A DNA stretch of 39,639 nucleotides from the IMG/VR virus record IMGVR_UViG_3300027759_000182, positions 1-39,639 of that record; one strand, written 5' to 3'. Below the pieces are notes generated by a model. The model searched no databases. It saw only the letters and a program-made list of their open reading frames with translations, and was not told the origin of the DNA. The DNA comes from a virus. Taxonomy: Duplodnaviria; Caudoviricetes. This document shows, one piece after another, positions 25,370 through 35,408 of this stretch. The number at the start of each line of letters is the position of its first letter. Position 1 is the stretch's first letter. The translations under genes were made by a program, and so were the position numbers.

Positions 25370-26266
25370 TTATTTGCTCCCAAACATATTGTAGAGAGAG
25401 AGTCCAGTCATTCCCATACCAGCCAACTGACTTGCAAAGCTTGGCGGAGGAGTGGTTTGCGCTCCAGAAGTGCCCGTTTGTGTCAACGGAACACCACGCA
25501 CTAAGTTATTCATTGTTTCAAGGTTGGTTACTGGATAGTTTAACTTAGCCATTAAGTCTTGATATTGAGTGTCCAATTGCTGTTGCTGAGTAGCACGTTG
25601 TAAGTCACCATATGCACCTTGAGTCTTAAGGCGGTCAATATCTGTAGCTTGTTGTGCAGTGCCTAGCTGACCAAGTGTCTGACCAAGCCCAGTGTAGCCA
25701 GCGGCTTGACCTAACTGAGCTTTTTGCGCTGCATCAAAAGCATTTTGCATACCTGTAGCTTGAATGTTGCCTAGTTTAGTTTGCAGATTGCGATCAGATT
25801 CGGACATCATTAGGGCATTACGAGCGCCACCATAGGTGCCTTGTTTAGCTGATGCCAAGTTCTGAGCAGTCAAACCTTTTTGAGCATCACGCAAAGCCTC
25901 TGCTTTGTTTACGTCAATTACATTCTGTTGATATGGAGACATATACATTGCGGTTTGCTCAGGACTAAGCATAGAACCTAAAGCACCCAAACCCATAGCA
26001 GCAGACCCTGTACCCATATTAAATTGGCTAGGGGTATTCATAGTACCTAGTTCGGTACCAATCTGTTGTTGCATTGGCGATAGACCAGCAACACGACCAG
26101 AACCAGCCAAGCCAGCCGCTTTGAGCGGATCGCCATACATGGTGTTGTAGTCTTTAGTTAAAAGAGTCTGTGCAGTAGGCAATACCCCGCCAGCACCAGT
26201 GATATAGGGTCGTAAGACCTCTGGGACATCCGTTAACGAGGTTGATATTGAGGTATTTGTTGCCAT
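25370..26266 (-). CDS. Putative ejection / DNA-transfer internal virion protein
   Basis: Q/A/G-rich helical sequence; YMSPYQQNV..GTYGGAR motif; position among ejected proteins. Confidence 0.75.
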   Translation of the reverse strand: MATNTSISTSLTDVPEVLRPYITGAGGVLPTAQTLLTKDYNTMYGDPLKAAGLAGSGRVAGLSPMQQQIGTELGTMNTPSQFNMGTGSAAMGLGALGSMLSPEQTAMYMSPYQQNVIDVNKAEALRDAQKGLTAQNLASAKQGTYGGARNALMMSESDRNLQTKLGNIQATGMQNAFDAAQKAQLGQAAGYTGLGQTLGQLGTAQQATDIDRLKTQGAYGDLQRATQQQQLDTQYQDLMAKLNYPVTNLETMNNLVRGVPLTQTGTSGAQTTPPPSFASQLAGMGMTGLSLYNMFGSK

Positions 26267-26276
26267 GTCTTATCCT

Positions 26277-27866
26277 TTACGCAGCTAAATATTTGCGTGG
26301 GTTAATTTGTTTGCCTTGAGACTTACGACCAGTACGTGCTGTACGCACCTTATCCATCATTGAATACAGTTGTTTTGCACCAGCCTTAGATGAACCGTTG
26401 CCTAAATGAGACACTACATCTGCTGGAACCACAAACTCGCCATCAGCAAGGCGAGCCTCTTGATTGCCATTAATTGTTGCAGGGATGTCATCGCTCATGC
26501 CATCTCCACCGCCAGACAAAAATCTTGGCTGTCCACCAGCTGCATAGCCAGTAATGCCACCACCAAATAAACCATTTTGCAGATTACCTTGGTTTAAACC
26601 ACGGGCTTCATCCATGCCATATTCATCGTCCACTGAACCACCTACAGCATATAGTCTATCCTCCCCTTTCATGCGGGAATATAGGTTGTCAATTTCACCA
26701 CTTCTTCCATAGTAAGTGGGATCCATTGAAGCATCCCTACTAGGGTCTGTGCTAAATGGGTTTTTGCTAACTACATCTGCAGCATAATCACGTTGACGGT
26801 TAATTTCCGATACTGCTTTGTCATATTCAGCTTGAGCTATATTACCAGCGGCTTTTTGTTGTTTAAGGTAATCAAGTTGTGCTTCTTGATCCATTAAGCT
26901 CATTGTTCCGTAGATGGTTCCAGCAGTAGACATCAATGGAGCCATAGTAGTGCCAGCTTTAACTGCTGCAGTAGCGGATGGGTTTATGTTGCCAGTAAAT
27001 ACGTTTTTAATACCAGAACCAGTGTCGCTTATGCCCTGACCAACATTTTTTAACTGACCGCTATAGTCATAATTAGCCACTGCATCTTTAGCGTTTACAC
27101 CAGCCTTGTATATATCAGATGGGGCATTCATTAAGTCTGTACCAAGTTGAGATGCGCCTTCAGTAAACTTTGTACCAATCTGACCTGCCGCTTCACTAAC
27201 ATTCCCACTTAAAAGATTATCCATAAATGAGGTTGGTTGTGGTGCTGCTCTTAAAACATTGGCAGATTCGCTAGCTAATGCGTTAGTCATTTGATTGGCA
27301 GAATTTCTTGCAATTTCATCTGCGGTTCTTTCAACCGCTGTTGCGCTTACTGGAGCCACCCCTTCGGATACTGGCAATAAAGCTGTATCAGGTGCGCCAC
27401 CAGCAGCTCTTAAATATTCACCTAGTTCAGATGTAGCATACGCTGTTGCGCCACCAATCATAGCGCCTTGAAGGTTAAAACTACCACCTTTACGCATTAC
27501 ACCAGAGCCATTTAAAGCACCTAAACCAACAGCTAGTGGTTGCATACCAGGAACCATAGAAGCAGCTACTTGGGCAACTGTGCCCCAACCGCCAGGAATA
27601 GCTTTGCCAACCTGTTTATCAAATCCTACCAAAGCTTGGTCAATAGGTTTAAACGCTTGAGTAGATACATCAGATACTTGTTTAATGCCAGGCAGGTTTT
27701 GGGTAGCTTTAACTGCTGACATACCTGCATTAGTTAAAGGTTTCATTATGTTTCTTTGAAACGCTCCACCAATGCCAAAAGAAGGAACCCCGTCCTTAGT
27801 CTGGATTTCATGACCAGTAAGTGATTTAAGTCCGTGGGCTTGACCGCCCTGTGCGTAGTAGTTCAT
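26277..27866 (-). CDS. Putative internal virion (pilot) protein
   Basis: G/A-rich; C-terminal GDGMSDDIPA..ARLADGEFVVPADVV domain; repeated YAxGG motifs. Confidence 0.75.
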   Translation of the reverse strand: MNYYAQGGQAHGLKSLTGHEIQTKDGVPSFGIGGAFQRNIMKPLTNAGMSAVKATQNLPGIKQVSDVSTQAFKPIDQALVGFDKQVGKAIPGGWGTVAQVAASMVPGMQPLAVGLGALNGSGVMRKGGSFNLQGAMIGGATAYATSELGEYLRAAGGAPDTALLPVSEGVAPVSATAVERTADEIARNSANQMTNALASESANVLRAAPQPTSFMDNLLSGNVSEAAGQIGTKFTEGASQLGTDLMNAPSDIYKAGVNAKDAVANYDYSGQLKNVGQGISDTGSGIKNVFTGNINPSATAAVKAGTTMAPLMSTAGTIYGTMSLMDQEAQLDYLKQQKAAGNIAQAEYDKAVSEINRQRDYAADVVSKNPFSTDPSRDASMDPTYYGRSGEIDNLYSRMKGEDRLYAVGGSVDDEYGMDEARGLNQGNLQNGLFGGGITGYAAGGQPRFLSGGGDGMSDDIPATINGNQEARLADGEFVVPADVVSHLGNGSSKAGAKQLYSMMDKVRTARTGRKSQGKQINPRKYLAA

Positions 27867-28162
27867 ATAATAGTCACCGTTACTGTCCCCACACTAGCTG
27901 TGGCAGATACTCCATATAAATAAGAAACGTTGGGTACAACAATCTTTAAGTTTTCCCCCACCTGAAATACAGTCCCATTTGGCAAATTGTACCCTGATGT
28001 TGGTAAATTTAACAGCCGAATACCATCCATTTGTAAAGGAACATCTGAATCCAACTGCGTAAAATAAAGCCTTAAAACAGCAATAAGCTGAGATAGTTGC
28101 TGTGGGTTGTATTCTTCTGGCACCAAAGGCAACGCTGGCGCACGGAATTTCTGCATTCCCAT
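27863..28162 (-). CDS. Small structural protein (99 aa)
   Basis: APALP..Y..LRLYF.QLD pattern; overlaps both neighbours. Confidence 0.75.
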   Translation of the reverse strand: MGMQKFRAPALPLVPEEYNPQQLSQLIAVLRLYFTQLDSDVPLQMDGIRLLNLPTSGYNLPNGTVFQVGENLKIVVPNVSYLYGVSATASVGTVTVTII

Positions 28163-30033
28163 TAGCGTTTCCCATCTGGTCTGCCGTCCAAACGAGGGCT
28201 ACCTAACTGCCATTGAACACCTAATTCTGTGGATGCAATCTCAACCGCCATCTGACGTGCCCTAGCCCGCATAAATATTTGGTCTGTATATACGTCTACA
28301 GAAGTCCTAATAACGTCCCCAGTTTCTGTGTTGGAATATGTATTGCCTGGAAAGTTTCTTGGCTTAATATACATAGTCACTTCTGGAAGGGCTGCGGTAG
28401 AACCATCAAAATTAACATCAGGGATGATTCTTTTAGTTAATATAAACTGCTCTCCGTCTACCAAATCAAAGTCAGAAGAGGCAATATTAGCCTCTAAAGG
28501 CAAGGTATCAGCGTTTACACCACGCTCTTGGTCATATACGATAGTCGAGGCTACAGACTGAGGGTATTCCCTCAGTGAAGAATCACTCCATGCGGTGCGC
28601 TCAATAGAGCCATAGTACCAAATCTTTTCTAAGTGGTTATAGACAATATAGGCATCATTAACAATGCTGTTGGCGGTAGGGTAGAACCACCAGATTTCAT
28701 TCCAACCTTCATTGGTGCCCACAATAATCTGGTCTGCTTGTGCGTAGTTTAGGTTTTCAAAAACGTGGTTACGCAGGGTGCAAGGCAAAGTCTCTACCCG
28801 ACCAGAGTAGGCATAGAACTTATCGTGACCGAACCAATAGGCGGTGTTATTAACTACGGCTACAGAACGGGAGCTAAGGATAGAGATGTTGTCTGATAGT
28901 TCTTGTAAACCGAACACATCTGTTGTGCCCAAATACTGCAGGGAATTGAGTGTACCGTCAGTAAATACTAGAATCTCTTGACGAGTAGCGATAGCGCAAA
29001 CAATCTCAGAACCCCTAGAAACACGGATAAAACCAGCAGAATTGGTGACTAATGGAGTCCAGACATTAGCCTGACCTTGAGTTGCCCAACGAATAAGCAA
29101 TGGGTCAAAAGCACCGCCACCGTAAGGTGTGGCTCCAAAAGCTAATAAATGCTTGTCATTCTGGGATAGATATATCTGTTTTGTTTCTAGTGGTACATCT
29201 GCTGGTGCAATGCCATCTATAGTGGTTGTGGCTAAAGGAGTAGCTCTAACTTGAACCCCATCTGTGTTCTTCCAGTAATAGATAGTGCCATTACGGATAT
29301 TCATTACAAGGTCATTGTCAAAGTTATTAAAGAACCAATCCCTTTGCAACTGAACCACAGGAGTTACTGCACCAGAACCCCAAGTGCCACGACCCCAAAC
29401 ACCAGCGCCCCAACCATAACCATAGGTAACTGTGTCATACCCAACATCAATATCGTAATAAGCTGTAACTGTAGCCCCGCCTTTTGCTGTATCGGAAGAA
29501 GTAGCATTGACGCCTACATTGATAGTGTAGACCTTGGTAGTAGTGTTTACAGATACGATTGCGTAACCAAACTCAGCATTTAAAACATTGGCGGTAATGT
29601 TCCCACCAAGCGTTGTAGCACCAGAATAGGTTACATAATTACCAACTTCTGGGTTATATGCGGTATCGGTTGAATAAGATACGCTCAATACGGCAGAACC
29701 AGTAGTGGCTGTAAATGGACCAGCAGCTGCTCCTAAAGTGGTAGAAGTGTGCTGTAACGGGGTAATGTCGTAGAACTCTTCACCAGCTTCAATATAGACT
29801 TTTTTACTAGTTCCCATTGCAAGGTAGTTATCACCAAGAGTGGTAATCCAGTTAAACATCTGGCGGCAAATACCAATAAGCGTAACTGTGCCGTAACGAA
29901 GCCACCCACCAATCTTTTGTGGATACCCAGAGCGGAAACGAATCTTATCGCACTCATACCAACCGCCTTCGTTGGTGTAGTTGGTTTGGTCTCGATTAAC
30001 GCCTGGTTTAAATTGTAGCTTTTGTAATGGCAC
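28162..30033 (-). CDS. Tail nozzle / DNA-stabilisation protein (P22 gp10 / tail tubular B-like)
   Basis: MPLQKLQFKPG..EGGW..DKIRFR N-terminus; beta-rich, 623 aa; directly upstream of the ejected proteins. Confidence 0.75.
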   Translation of the reverse strand: MPLQKLQFKPGVNRDQTNYTNEGGWYECDKIRFRSGYPQKIGGWLRYGTVTLIGICRQMFNWITTLGDNYLAMGTSKKVYIEAGEEFYDITPLQHTSTTLGAAAGPFTATTGSAVLSVSYSTDTAYNPEVGNYVTYSGATTLGGNITANVLNAEFGYAIVSVNTTTKVYTINVGVNATSSDTAKGGATVTAYYDIDVGYDTVTYGYGWGAGVWGRGTWGSGAVTPVVQLQRDWFFNNFDNDLVMNIRNGTIYYWKNTDGVQVRATPLATTTIDGIAPADVPLETKQIYLSQNDKHLLAFGATPYGGGAFDPLLIRWATQGQANVWTPLVTNSAGFIRVSRGSEIVCAIATRQEILVFTDGTLNSLQYLGTTDVFGLQELSDNISILSSRSVAVVNNTAYWFGHDKFYAYSGRVETLPCTLRNHVFENLNYAQADQIIVGTNEGWNEIWWFYPTANSIVNDAYIVYNHLEKIWYYGSIERTAWSDSSLREYPQSVASTIVYDQERGVNADTLPLEANIASSDFDLVDGEQFILTKRIIPDVNFDGSTAALPEVTMYIKPRNFPGNTYSNTETGDVIRTSVDVYTDQIFMRARARQMAVEIASTELGVQWQLGSPRLDGRPDGKR

Positions 30034-30038
30034 AGGGT

Positions 30039-30626
30039 TTACCCTAATATGGTTAGAGTTTTGGCAATTTTGGCTTTACGGTCATCTAAACCAATTAAGC
30101 CGCCATTGATACGTTTAGTCATTGTCTCAAGATCTGAGGCATCTGCCAAGCTGTTTAAACCTTTCTTGTTCCAGAACCAGCCAGCACTTAATGCTGCATA
30201 TCGTGGATCCAACAATAAAGTAGGGTCAGAAAGAAGATCAACACCAATACCAGATCCGCAGTTTGCATAGTTTTCTTTACCAGTTAACTGGATAAGTCCT
30301 CTGCCTAAATACTTAGAAGCCTCTTCCTCATTAGTGTTTCCTAATCTGCCGTTATAGACCTTGCCCGCTATTTTAGCTGGCTGACGTGCGTACTGGTCTG
30401 CAATCTCTTTTGTGGGAAAACGGCTGGGCCAAGTCTTCATTAGACCTTCTGCGCTGTAATTTAAGTTTTCTTGCAAAGTCTTGAAGTTTCCAGACTCGTG
30501 AGCGCACTGTCCAATAAAACAAGCCTGACGGACAGGCGTAGATATGTCATATTTGACAAAAGTTTCTTCTAAAGGGGCAAGCCATTTATGGTCAATCCCC
30601 AGTTTATCTAACTGGTCATACGTCAT
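30039..30626 (-). CDS. Endolysin, glycoside hydrolase family 19
   Basis: QCAHES..ENLNYS..GRGLIQLTG..NY..SAGWFW..TKRINGG motifs. Confidence 0.95.
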   Translation of the reverse strand: MTYDQLDKLGIDHKWLAPLEETFVKYDISTPVRQACFIGQCAHESGNFKTLQENLNYSAEGLMKTWPSRFPTKEIADQYARQPAKIAGKVYNGRLGNTNEEEASKYLGRGLIQLTGKENYANCGSGIGVDLLSDPTLLLDPRYAALSAGWFWNKKGLNSLADASDLETMTKRINGGLIGLDDRKAKIAKTLTILG

Positions 30627-31129
30627 TCTTTAACACCTTTTCTTAAATTATCTTTTGCCTCAAGAATTTGCAAGTTATGGGCAATATGTAAACCACCTTT
30701 AGCTATAGGAACTATATGGTCAACATGAAAATTTTCACCTAATGACATGGCTTTATAAAAATCTCTTAAAGCATATATCTGTTTAATTTCTGGGGTTAAT
30801 TTACCAGTCAATTTTGTACGCCTCATAGCGTTATCAGCGTGTATTCTGGATTTATTCATGGTTCTATCGTTACGCTTCCACGCAGATACTTTATCTGGGT
30901 TAGCTACTCTATATGCGTTATTACGCTGTAACTTTTTATCGTAGTGTTTTTCTGTAGACTTTTTTACAGACTCTCTATGTGCCAAAGGATTATCTAATCG
31001 CCTAGCTTTCATAAGTTCTGCATAACACGGTTTACATTTAGCCTGTACGCCCAAACCGCCACGCTTAGATGGACTATATTCAATAATTGGCTTTATCTGC
31101 TTGCAAGCAGTGCATTGCTTATTAGGCAT
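30623..31129 (-). CDS. HNH homing endonuclease
   Basis: CTAC..CKPC Zn motif and FHVDHIVPI..GGLH..NLQ..N..K. Confidence 0.92.
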   Translation of the reverse strand: MPNKQCTACKQIKPIIEYSPSKRGGLGVQAKCKPCYAELMKARRLDNPLAHRESVKKSTEKHYDKKLQRNNAYRVANPDKVSAWKRNDRTMNKSRIHADNAMRRTKLTGKLTPEIKQIYALRDFYKAMSLGENFHVDHIVPIAKGGLHIAHNLQILEAKDNLRKGVKE

Positions 31130-31532
31130 TCTGCTTATCCTTAGATTTCATATCCATTACTTTTTCAACCGTACGTCCACCGAAATAGGCGAGGAACACA
31201 ATTTGACCCCACTGACCTAGAAGCTGAACATAACTTTCAGTAGCATTAAATCCAAATGCCGACATCATGGCAAATAGGAAATAGCCAGCAAATATAGCAA
31301 TTAAAGCCAATGGGCGAATGTTTTTAGACAGCCAAGAGTCGCTGGACATATCGGCTTCCCAGCGTTTAGTAATTTCCTGAGCCTCGGCTATATCAGCATT
31401 AATTTTTGCCAGCTCGCCATTCTGTTGCATCTCCAACAGTTTAAGTTTGGCTTGCTCTGCCTGTGCTGGGTCAGGAAAGACCTTATCAAGTATCTTACCG
31501 CCAATGTCTAATAGTGCGCCTAATGGAAACAT
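31122..31532 (-). CDS. Holin (GTA-type 3TM holin family)
   Basis: LDKVFPDP, DSWLSKNIRP, two TM segments, AYFGGRTVEK; upstream of the endolysin. Confidence 0.85.
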   Translation of the reverse strand: MFPLGALLDIGGKILDKVFPDPAQAEQAKLKLLEMQQNGELAKINADIAEAQEITKRWEADMSSDSWLSKNIRPLALIAIFAGYFLFAMMSAFGFNATESYVQLLGQWGQIVFLAYFGGRTVEKVMDMKSKDKQNA

Positions 31533-31534
31533 AA

Positions 31535-31987
31535 TTACCCCTTAATACCCCAAGTTAAATACCACGCTATTACAGCTGCTGCTGCAAAGCAATAAAACTG
31601 CACTCGTCTTACCGCTTTTAAATCATGCTGGTATTCTTCGTTGTCTTTGCGTTGCATATTCTCAATATCCAGCTTAATCTTTAATACTGCTTCCCACTCT
31701 TTAGCACCGTGCTTTTTAACAAAATCTATCTTTAGTTTTGCTTCTTCATCGGAGATTTGTTTCTTATGTTGCCATGACTCTAAAGCCTTAATTAATGCTC
31801 TTTCCTTCTTAAACTCTGCTTCTCGTCTTGCTCTAACACGTTCATTAGCTTGTTTCTGAGCTACTTCTGTTGCATCGTGCTGGGCATTTTCAATGCTTTT
31901 AGTTAGCCCTTTAGTAGCCTCTCTAGTTGCATCAAGGCTACCGCTAAGAGTTTTGACTCCTTCTGATAATCCATACGGGTCTGGCAT
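31535..31987 (-). CDS. Coiled-coil protein with C-terminal TM (lysis-region hypothetical)
   Basis: Charged helical body and hydrophobic C-terminus. Confidence 0.75.
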   Translation of the reverse strand: MPDPYGLSEGVKTLSGSLDATREATKGLTKSIENAQHDATEVAQKQANERVRARREAEFKKERALIKALESWQHKKQISDEEAKLKIDFVKKHGAKEWEAVLKIKLDIENMQRKDNEEYQHDLKAVRRVQFYCFAAAAVIAWYLTWGIKG

Positions 31988-31998
31988 AACTTCTCACC

Positions 31999-32208
31999 TT
32001 ACATAACTCCGCCACCAGCGGCAGGAACAGATGTCGCATGGATAGAAATATGTTGCTTAAGGTTTAAAGGAGCGTTACAGTCTGAGCAGGTATCCGCAGA
32101 AAGTTCAGCTTCATCAAGGTCATAACCACACGCCAAGCACTCCACTTGAACTTCATGTTTCGGCTGAACCAGACCGTCTACAATCTGGGCTTCAATTACC
32201 TGTTTCAT
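31999..32208 (-). CDS. Small Zn-ribbon protein (69 aa; ATG 32208 preferred)
   Basis: CLAC...CSDC; TAATG coupling with the upstream gene. Confidence 0.75.
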   Translation of the reverse strand: MKQVIEAQIVDGLVQPKHEVQVECLACGYDLDEAELSADTCSDCNAPLNLKQHISIHATSVPAAGGGVM

Positions 32209-32819
32209 TACGCTTCGGGCCAGTTTGCAGCAACGGCAGCCAATGCGTCTACTGAAGTTGTAGCAGTAATAGCAGCAACCAAACGAGTGCATTCTGTAAT
32301 TACAGCAGCACGGTAAGTCGCTACATCAGCTGGTACATCAACGCTACGCTCTACCTTACGGATAATCATCCAATCGGTTGTAGAAAGAAGACTGTTAGCT
32401 GCGGCTTTGGCGGCTGTGATTTCTGTAGTCTTTAGACCTTTAGTAACCAAACGCTCGGCTGAATTAACCATTGCGCCTTTACCGTTGTCGGCAGCTGCAT
32501 CATAGACTTGTACATACATTGGGTTGCCATTTTCGTCTGACTCTTCACGGTCATCCAATAACTTAGCTGTGCCAGAGTAGGTAGCTTCTACTGTGCTGTT
32601 TGTCTCGTTTACACGATATGCTGGACCAGCAATCCAATAGTATTTGTCGTTAGGACGCTCACCGTGGATGATTTCCCAGATGCCAGCTTGTAGCTTTTCG
32701 GCAGGGGTTGAAGTGCGTAGGAACACGGCAGAATACTGCTGTGAACCAATGTTAAAAGGCATATCTAACGGGAGGATTTGAGTTACCTGTCCGTCTTGTA
32801 CTACTGCAAAGTTGCTCAT
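32208..32819 (-). CDS. Tail fibre assembly chaperone-like protein
   Basis: C-terminal LLSTTDWMIIR..YR..WP motif; directly follows the fibre genes. Confidence 0.75.
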   Translation of the reverse strand: MSNFAVVQDGQVTQILPLDMPFNIGSQQYSAVFLRTSTPAEKLQAGIWEIIHGERPNDKYYWIAGPAYRVNETNSTVEATYSGTAKLLDDREESDENGNPMYVQVYDAAADNGKGAMVNSAERLVTKGLKTTEITAAKAAANSLLSTTDWMIIRKVERSVDVPADVATYRAAVITECTRLVAAITATTSVDALAAVAANWPEA

Positions 32820-32843
32820 ATTATTACTCCTGTTAAAAAATTG

Positions 32844-35408
32844 TTATCTTGCAAGTGCGGATTTAAAAGGATACTCCGCAAATGCCATGTAAATGTATGT
32901 GCTTCCACTAGCATTTAAACCATTGTATGTACATCTCATTTTTATACCGTTGGAAAGAAAATCTAATACAGGTCTATCATCGGTTTCAAGATAAGAAAGG
33001 TTTGCACCCAAATCTAAGCCTGCAACATTATATGTATCTCTAGCGGTATCAAGTAAAAACCAACTATCAGCAGTTCCGCTAGAAATTTTTATCATTACAA
33101 ATTTAGGTCTAAACCCTGTATAAACAAATGAACCGTTAGTAGAACCATTGCCTGTATAGCTACCAAACTTACTAAAGCCAGCTATTTCTGACCAGCAGTA
33201 GGCTACTTGTGTCCATCCTGAACTATTTACATTGGCATTAGTGCCTATTGAAAATACTGAACTAGTTGGAGCAGTAGAATTGAATGTTGTTGTGCTTAAA
33301 TCTTGTCCGCTAGTGTCATTTAAAAATAATCTATATGATGCAGATGTTAAATTAGAATTGTAAACAATCCAGTCAGATGTATTACTGCGGGATTTAATAA
33401 TAATCATCTTAGGTGCAACACCTAAACCATGACCTACAGTTGCATTGCTTCCTGTACCTGTATAAGTAACAATACTAAACCCAGCAGTAGCATTAACGCT
33501 TACTGTTGATGTAATAGAACCAGCAGTATTTGTTGTGTTAGTTCCTTGACCAGCTTGCCATTGCCAGCCTACATAATTTAAGCCACTTTGATTGCAGTAT
33601 GCGTTAGGATTAGAACCATCAGTTCCAGCAGTAACAGTAAATCCGTTGCTGTTAAAACTACTTGTATATCCATATACAGCACTAACTCCATATCCTTCTG
33701 CACTAGTAGAATTAGAACCTAATTCTTTGTTTCCACCAGCACCTCTTACAGAATCAAACCACATATGACCATATGTGTCATTTCTAACTTTGCTCCAAAC
33801 TAAGTCAGGTTTAAACCCAGCAGTATTTGTGATGCTTCTAGGAGACGAACCATTACCTGACCAAGTAGTAACATCCATTACCAAGTTACCCTGTTGGATA
33901 GTAGGTGTTGGTAGGTTAGTTGTACAGAGAGACTTATAACCAGATGGCGGGGCGTATGTGAAAGCGTACTGACCGAAGTTTGCAATAGTTATGTTATTGA
34001 AATTACTATTTTGTTTAGTATTTAAGAAAAAACTAGCAGTAGAACCAATAGCATAACCACCTTGATTTGTTACAGGGTCTTGAGTTCCGCTTCCCAACCA
34101 AGTATTGTTTTTGCTATACCAAACCTTTGAATTTGCCCTATCAACGGCAATTCCTAATACAGTTCCAGCGGGCCATGTTGCACCAGTATCGTAAGAAAGA
34201 CTGCCATTTACATAAATTTGTGCGTTACTTCCACCGCCAAAATAAAAGCTAGAAGAACCTGTGCTTAATGCTGATGTTGTGTATCCAGTTGGTGCAACTC
34301 CAACTCCACCAGTAAAGTTAGTAGTATCGCCAGCTAAAAATTCAGCATAAATTTTTACTGTTGATGGAATTTCCATTGTTGCATAAGCATTGGATTGCAC
34401 TCCACCAGCAGTATTAATTTGACTTTTTAAATTTCCATCCGTTGTGGTTGTTCCAGTTCCAGTATTTAATGGATTCCACACACAATAGTTACCACGAATT
34501 ACACCGCCTACATCGCCAGTAACATTGTATGGAGTCCACTGTGTAGGTACATCAACCATTGAATCGTAAGTAGTGCCAGCAGTTAGGCTAATGTTATTCG
34601 TAGTCCAAGTATTGTTATTACCTGAGAAGTCTAAGCCTAATGTACCTGTAGATGAGTTGTTGCTAAACGGCAAATAGAATCCGTTAGTACCGTATGTACC
34701 TGTGTATTTCTTACTTGTCCAATTGCTAAATTGGTCGTACTGCCCAAAGTCGGTAGCTGCTAATTGTTGACCATCAACGAAGTTAACTTCCGCCATGTAG
34801 CCATCAAAATAATCGCCATTAGGTCTTTTGCCTATGGTTTGCAAAGAAGAATTATTTATTCCGCAATCATAATTTTGGGCTGGATAACTAGCTGTTGCAA
34901 ATGCAGTTACTTGAGAACCATTTACATATAATTTAACTCTATTGCTTGCAGTTGCTTGAGTGGTATCTACTGCAACAACAATGTGATACCAAGCGGATGG
35001 GTCACGAAATACTTGAGTTGTAGTTAGCCCTGTTGCACCTTCATCAAATAATATATAAAGCTGATTGCTTCCAGCAGATTCACTAAATCTAATTGCATCA
35101 TCTCTACCGCTTGACTTTACACCACCAAAAAACGCTTCATAATTTGCAAAAGTTCCTCTTTTAATCCACGCACTAAATGTCCAAATTTTACGATTACCAG
35201 CCACCGCTGGGGTGCGGTTCAAATACGCAGACGCAGAGCTACGGAAACGCAAAGAGCGTGACATTGGGTTTGGCACATTAGCTACGGGCCAGTTATTAGT
35301 CTGTTGTGCTTGAGTTACATCCGTCATGCCCCATACGCCAGACGCAGAAGACTGGGTAGGTGTAGCTGGAGTTTTGCGGATTACACCGCCTGGGTATCTT
35401 TTACTCAT
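32844..35408 (-). CDS. Tail fibre/receptor-binding protein with LamG (ConA-like) and SPRY-like domains, paralogue 2
   Basis: SLRF, WTFSAWIKR, RDPSAWYHIV, YGTNGFYL, FKPDLVW, AYCW and GFRPKF motifs. Confidence 0.85.
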   Translation of the reverse strand: MSKRYPGGVIRKTPATPTQSSASGVWGMTDVTQAQQTNNWPVANVPNPMSRSLRFRSSASAYLNRTPAVAGNRKIWTFSAWIKRGTFANYEAFFGGVKSSGRDDAIRFSESAGSNQLYILFDEGATGLTTTQVFRDPSAWYHIVVAVDTTQATASNRVKLYVNGSQVTAFATASYPAQNYDCGINNSSLQTIGKRPNGDYFDGYMAEVNFVDGQQLAATDFGQYDQFSNWTSKKYTGTYGTNGFYLPFSNNSSTGTLGLDFSGNNNTWTTNNISLTAGTTYDSMVDVPTQWTPYNVTGDVGGVIRGNYCVWNPLNTGTGTTTTDGNLKSQINTAGGVQSNAYATMEIPSTVKIYAEFLAGDTTNFTGGVGVAPTGYTTSALSTGSSSFYFGGGSNAQIYVNGSLSYDTGATWPAGTVLGIAVDRANSKVWYSKNNTWLGSGTQDPVTNQGGYAIGSTASFFLNTKQNSNFNNITIANFGQYAFTYAPPSGYKSLCTTNLPTPTIQQGNLVMDVTTWSGNGSSPRSITNTAGFKPDLVWSKVRNDTYGHMWFDSVRGAGGNKELGSNSTSAEGYGVSAVYGYTSSFNSNGFTVTAGTDGSNPNAYCNQSGLNYVGWQWQAGQGTNTTNTAGSITSTVSVNATAGFSIVTYTGTGSNATVGHGLGVAPKMIIIKSRSNTSDWIVYNSNLTSASYRLFLNDTSGQDLSTTTFNSTAPTSSVFSIGTNANVNSSGWTQVAYCWSEIAGFSKFGSYTGNGSTNGSFVYTGFRPKFVMIKISSGTADSWFLLDTARDTYNVAGLDLGANLSYLETDDRPVLDFLSNGIKMRCTYNGLNASGSTYIYMAFAEYPFKSALAR

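Noticed and set aside
15623-30270. Many + strand and alternate-frame ORFs inside the late genes (e.g. 19834-20346, 20356-20673, 29251-29583)
   Set aside because: They are antisense or shadow ORFs of long, motif-bearing minus-strand genes and have no recognisable motifs.
30623-31129. Group I intron carrying the HNH
   Set aside because: Both flanking genes look complete and overlap the HNH directly, leaving no room for intron core structure.
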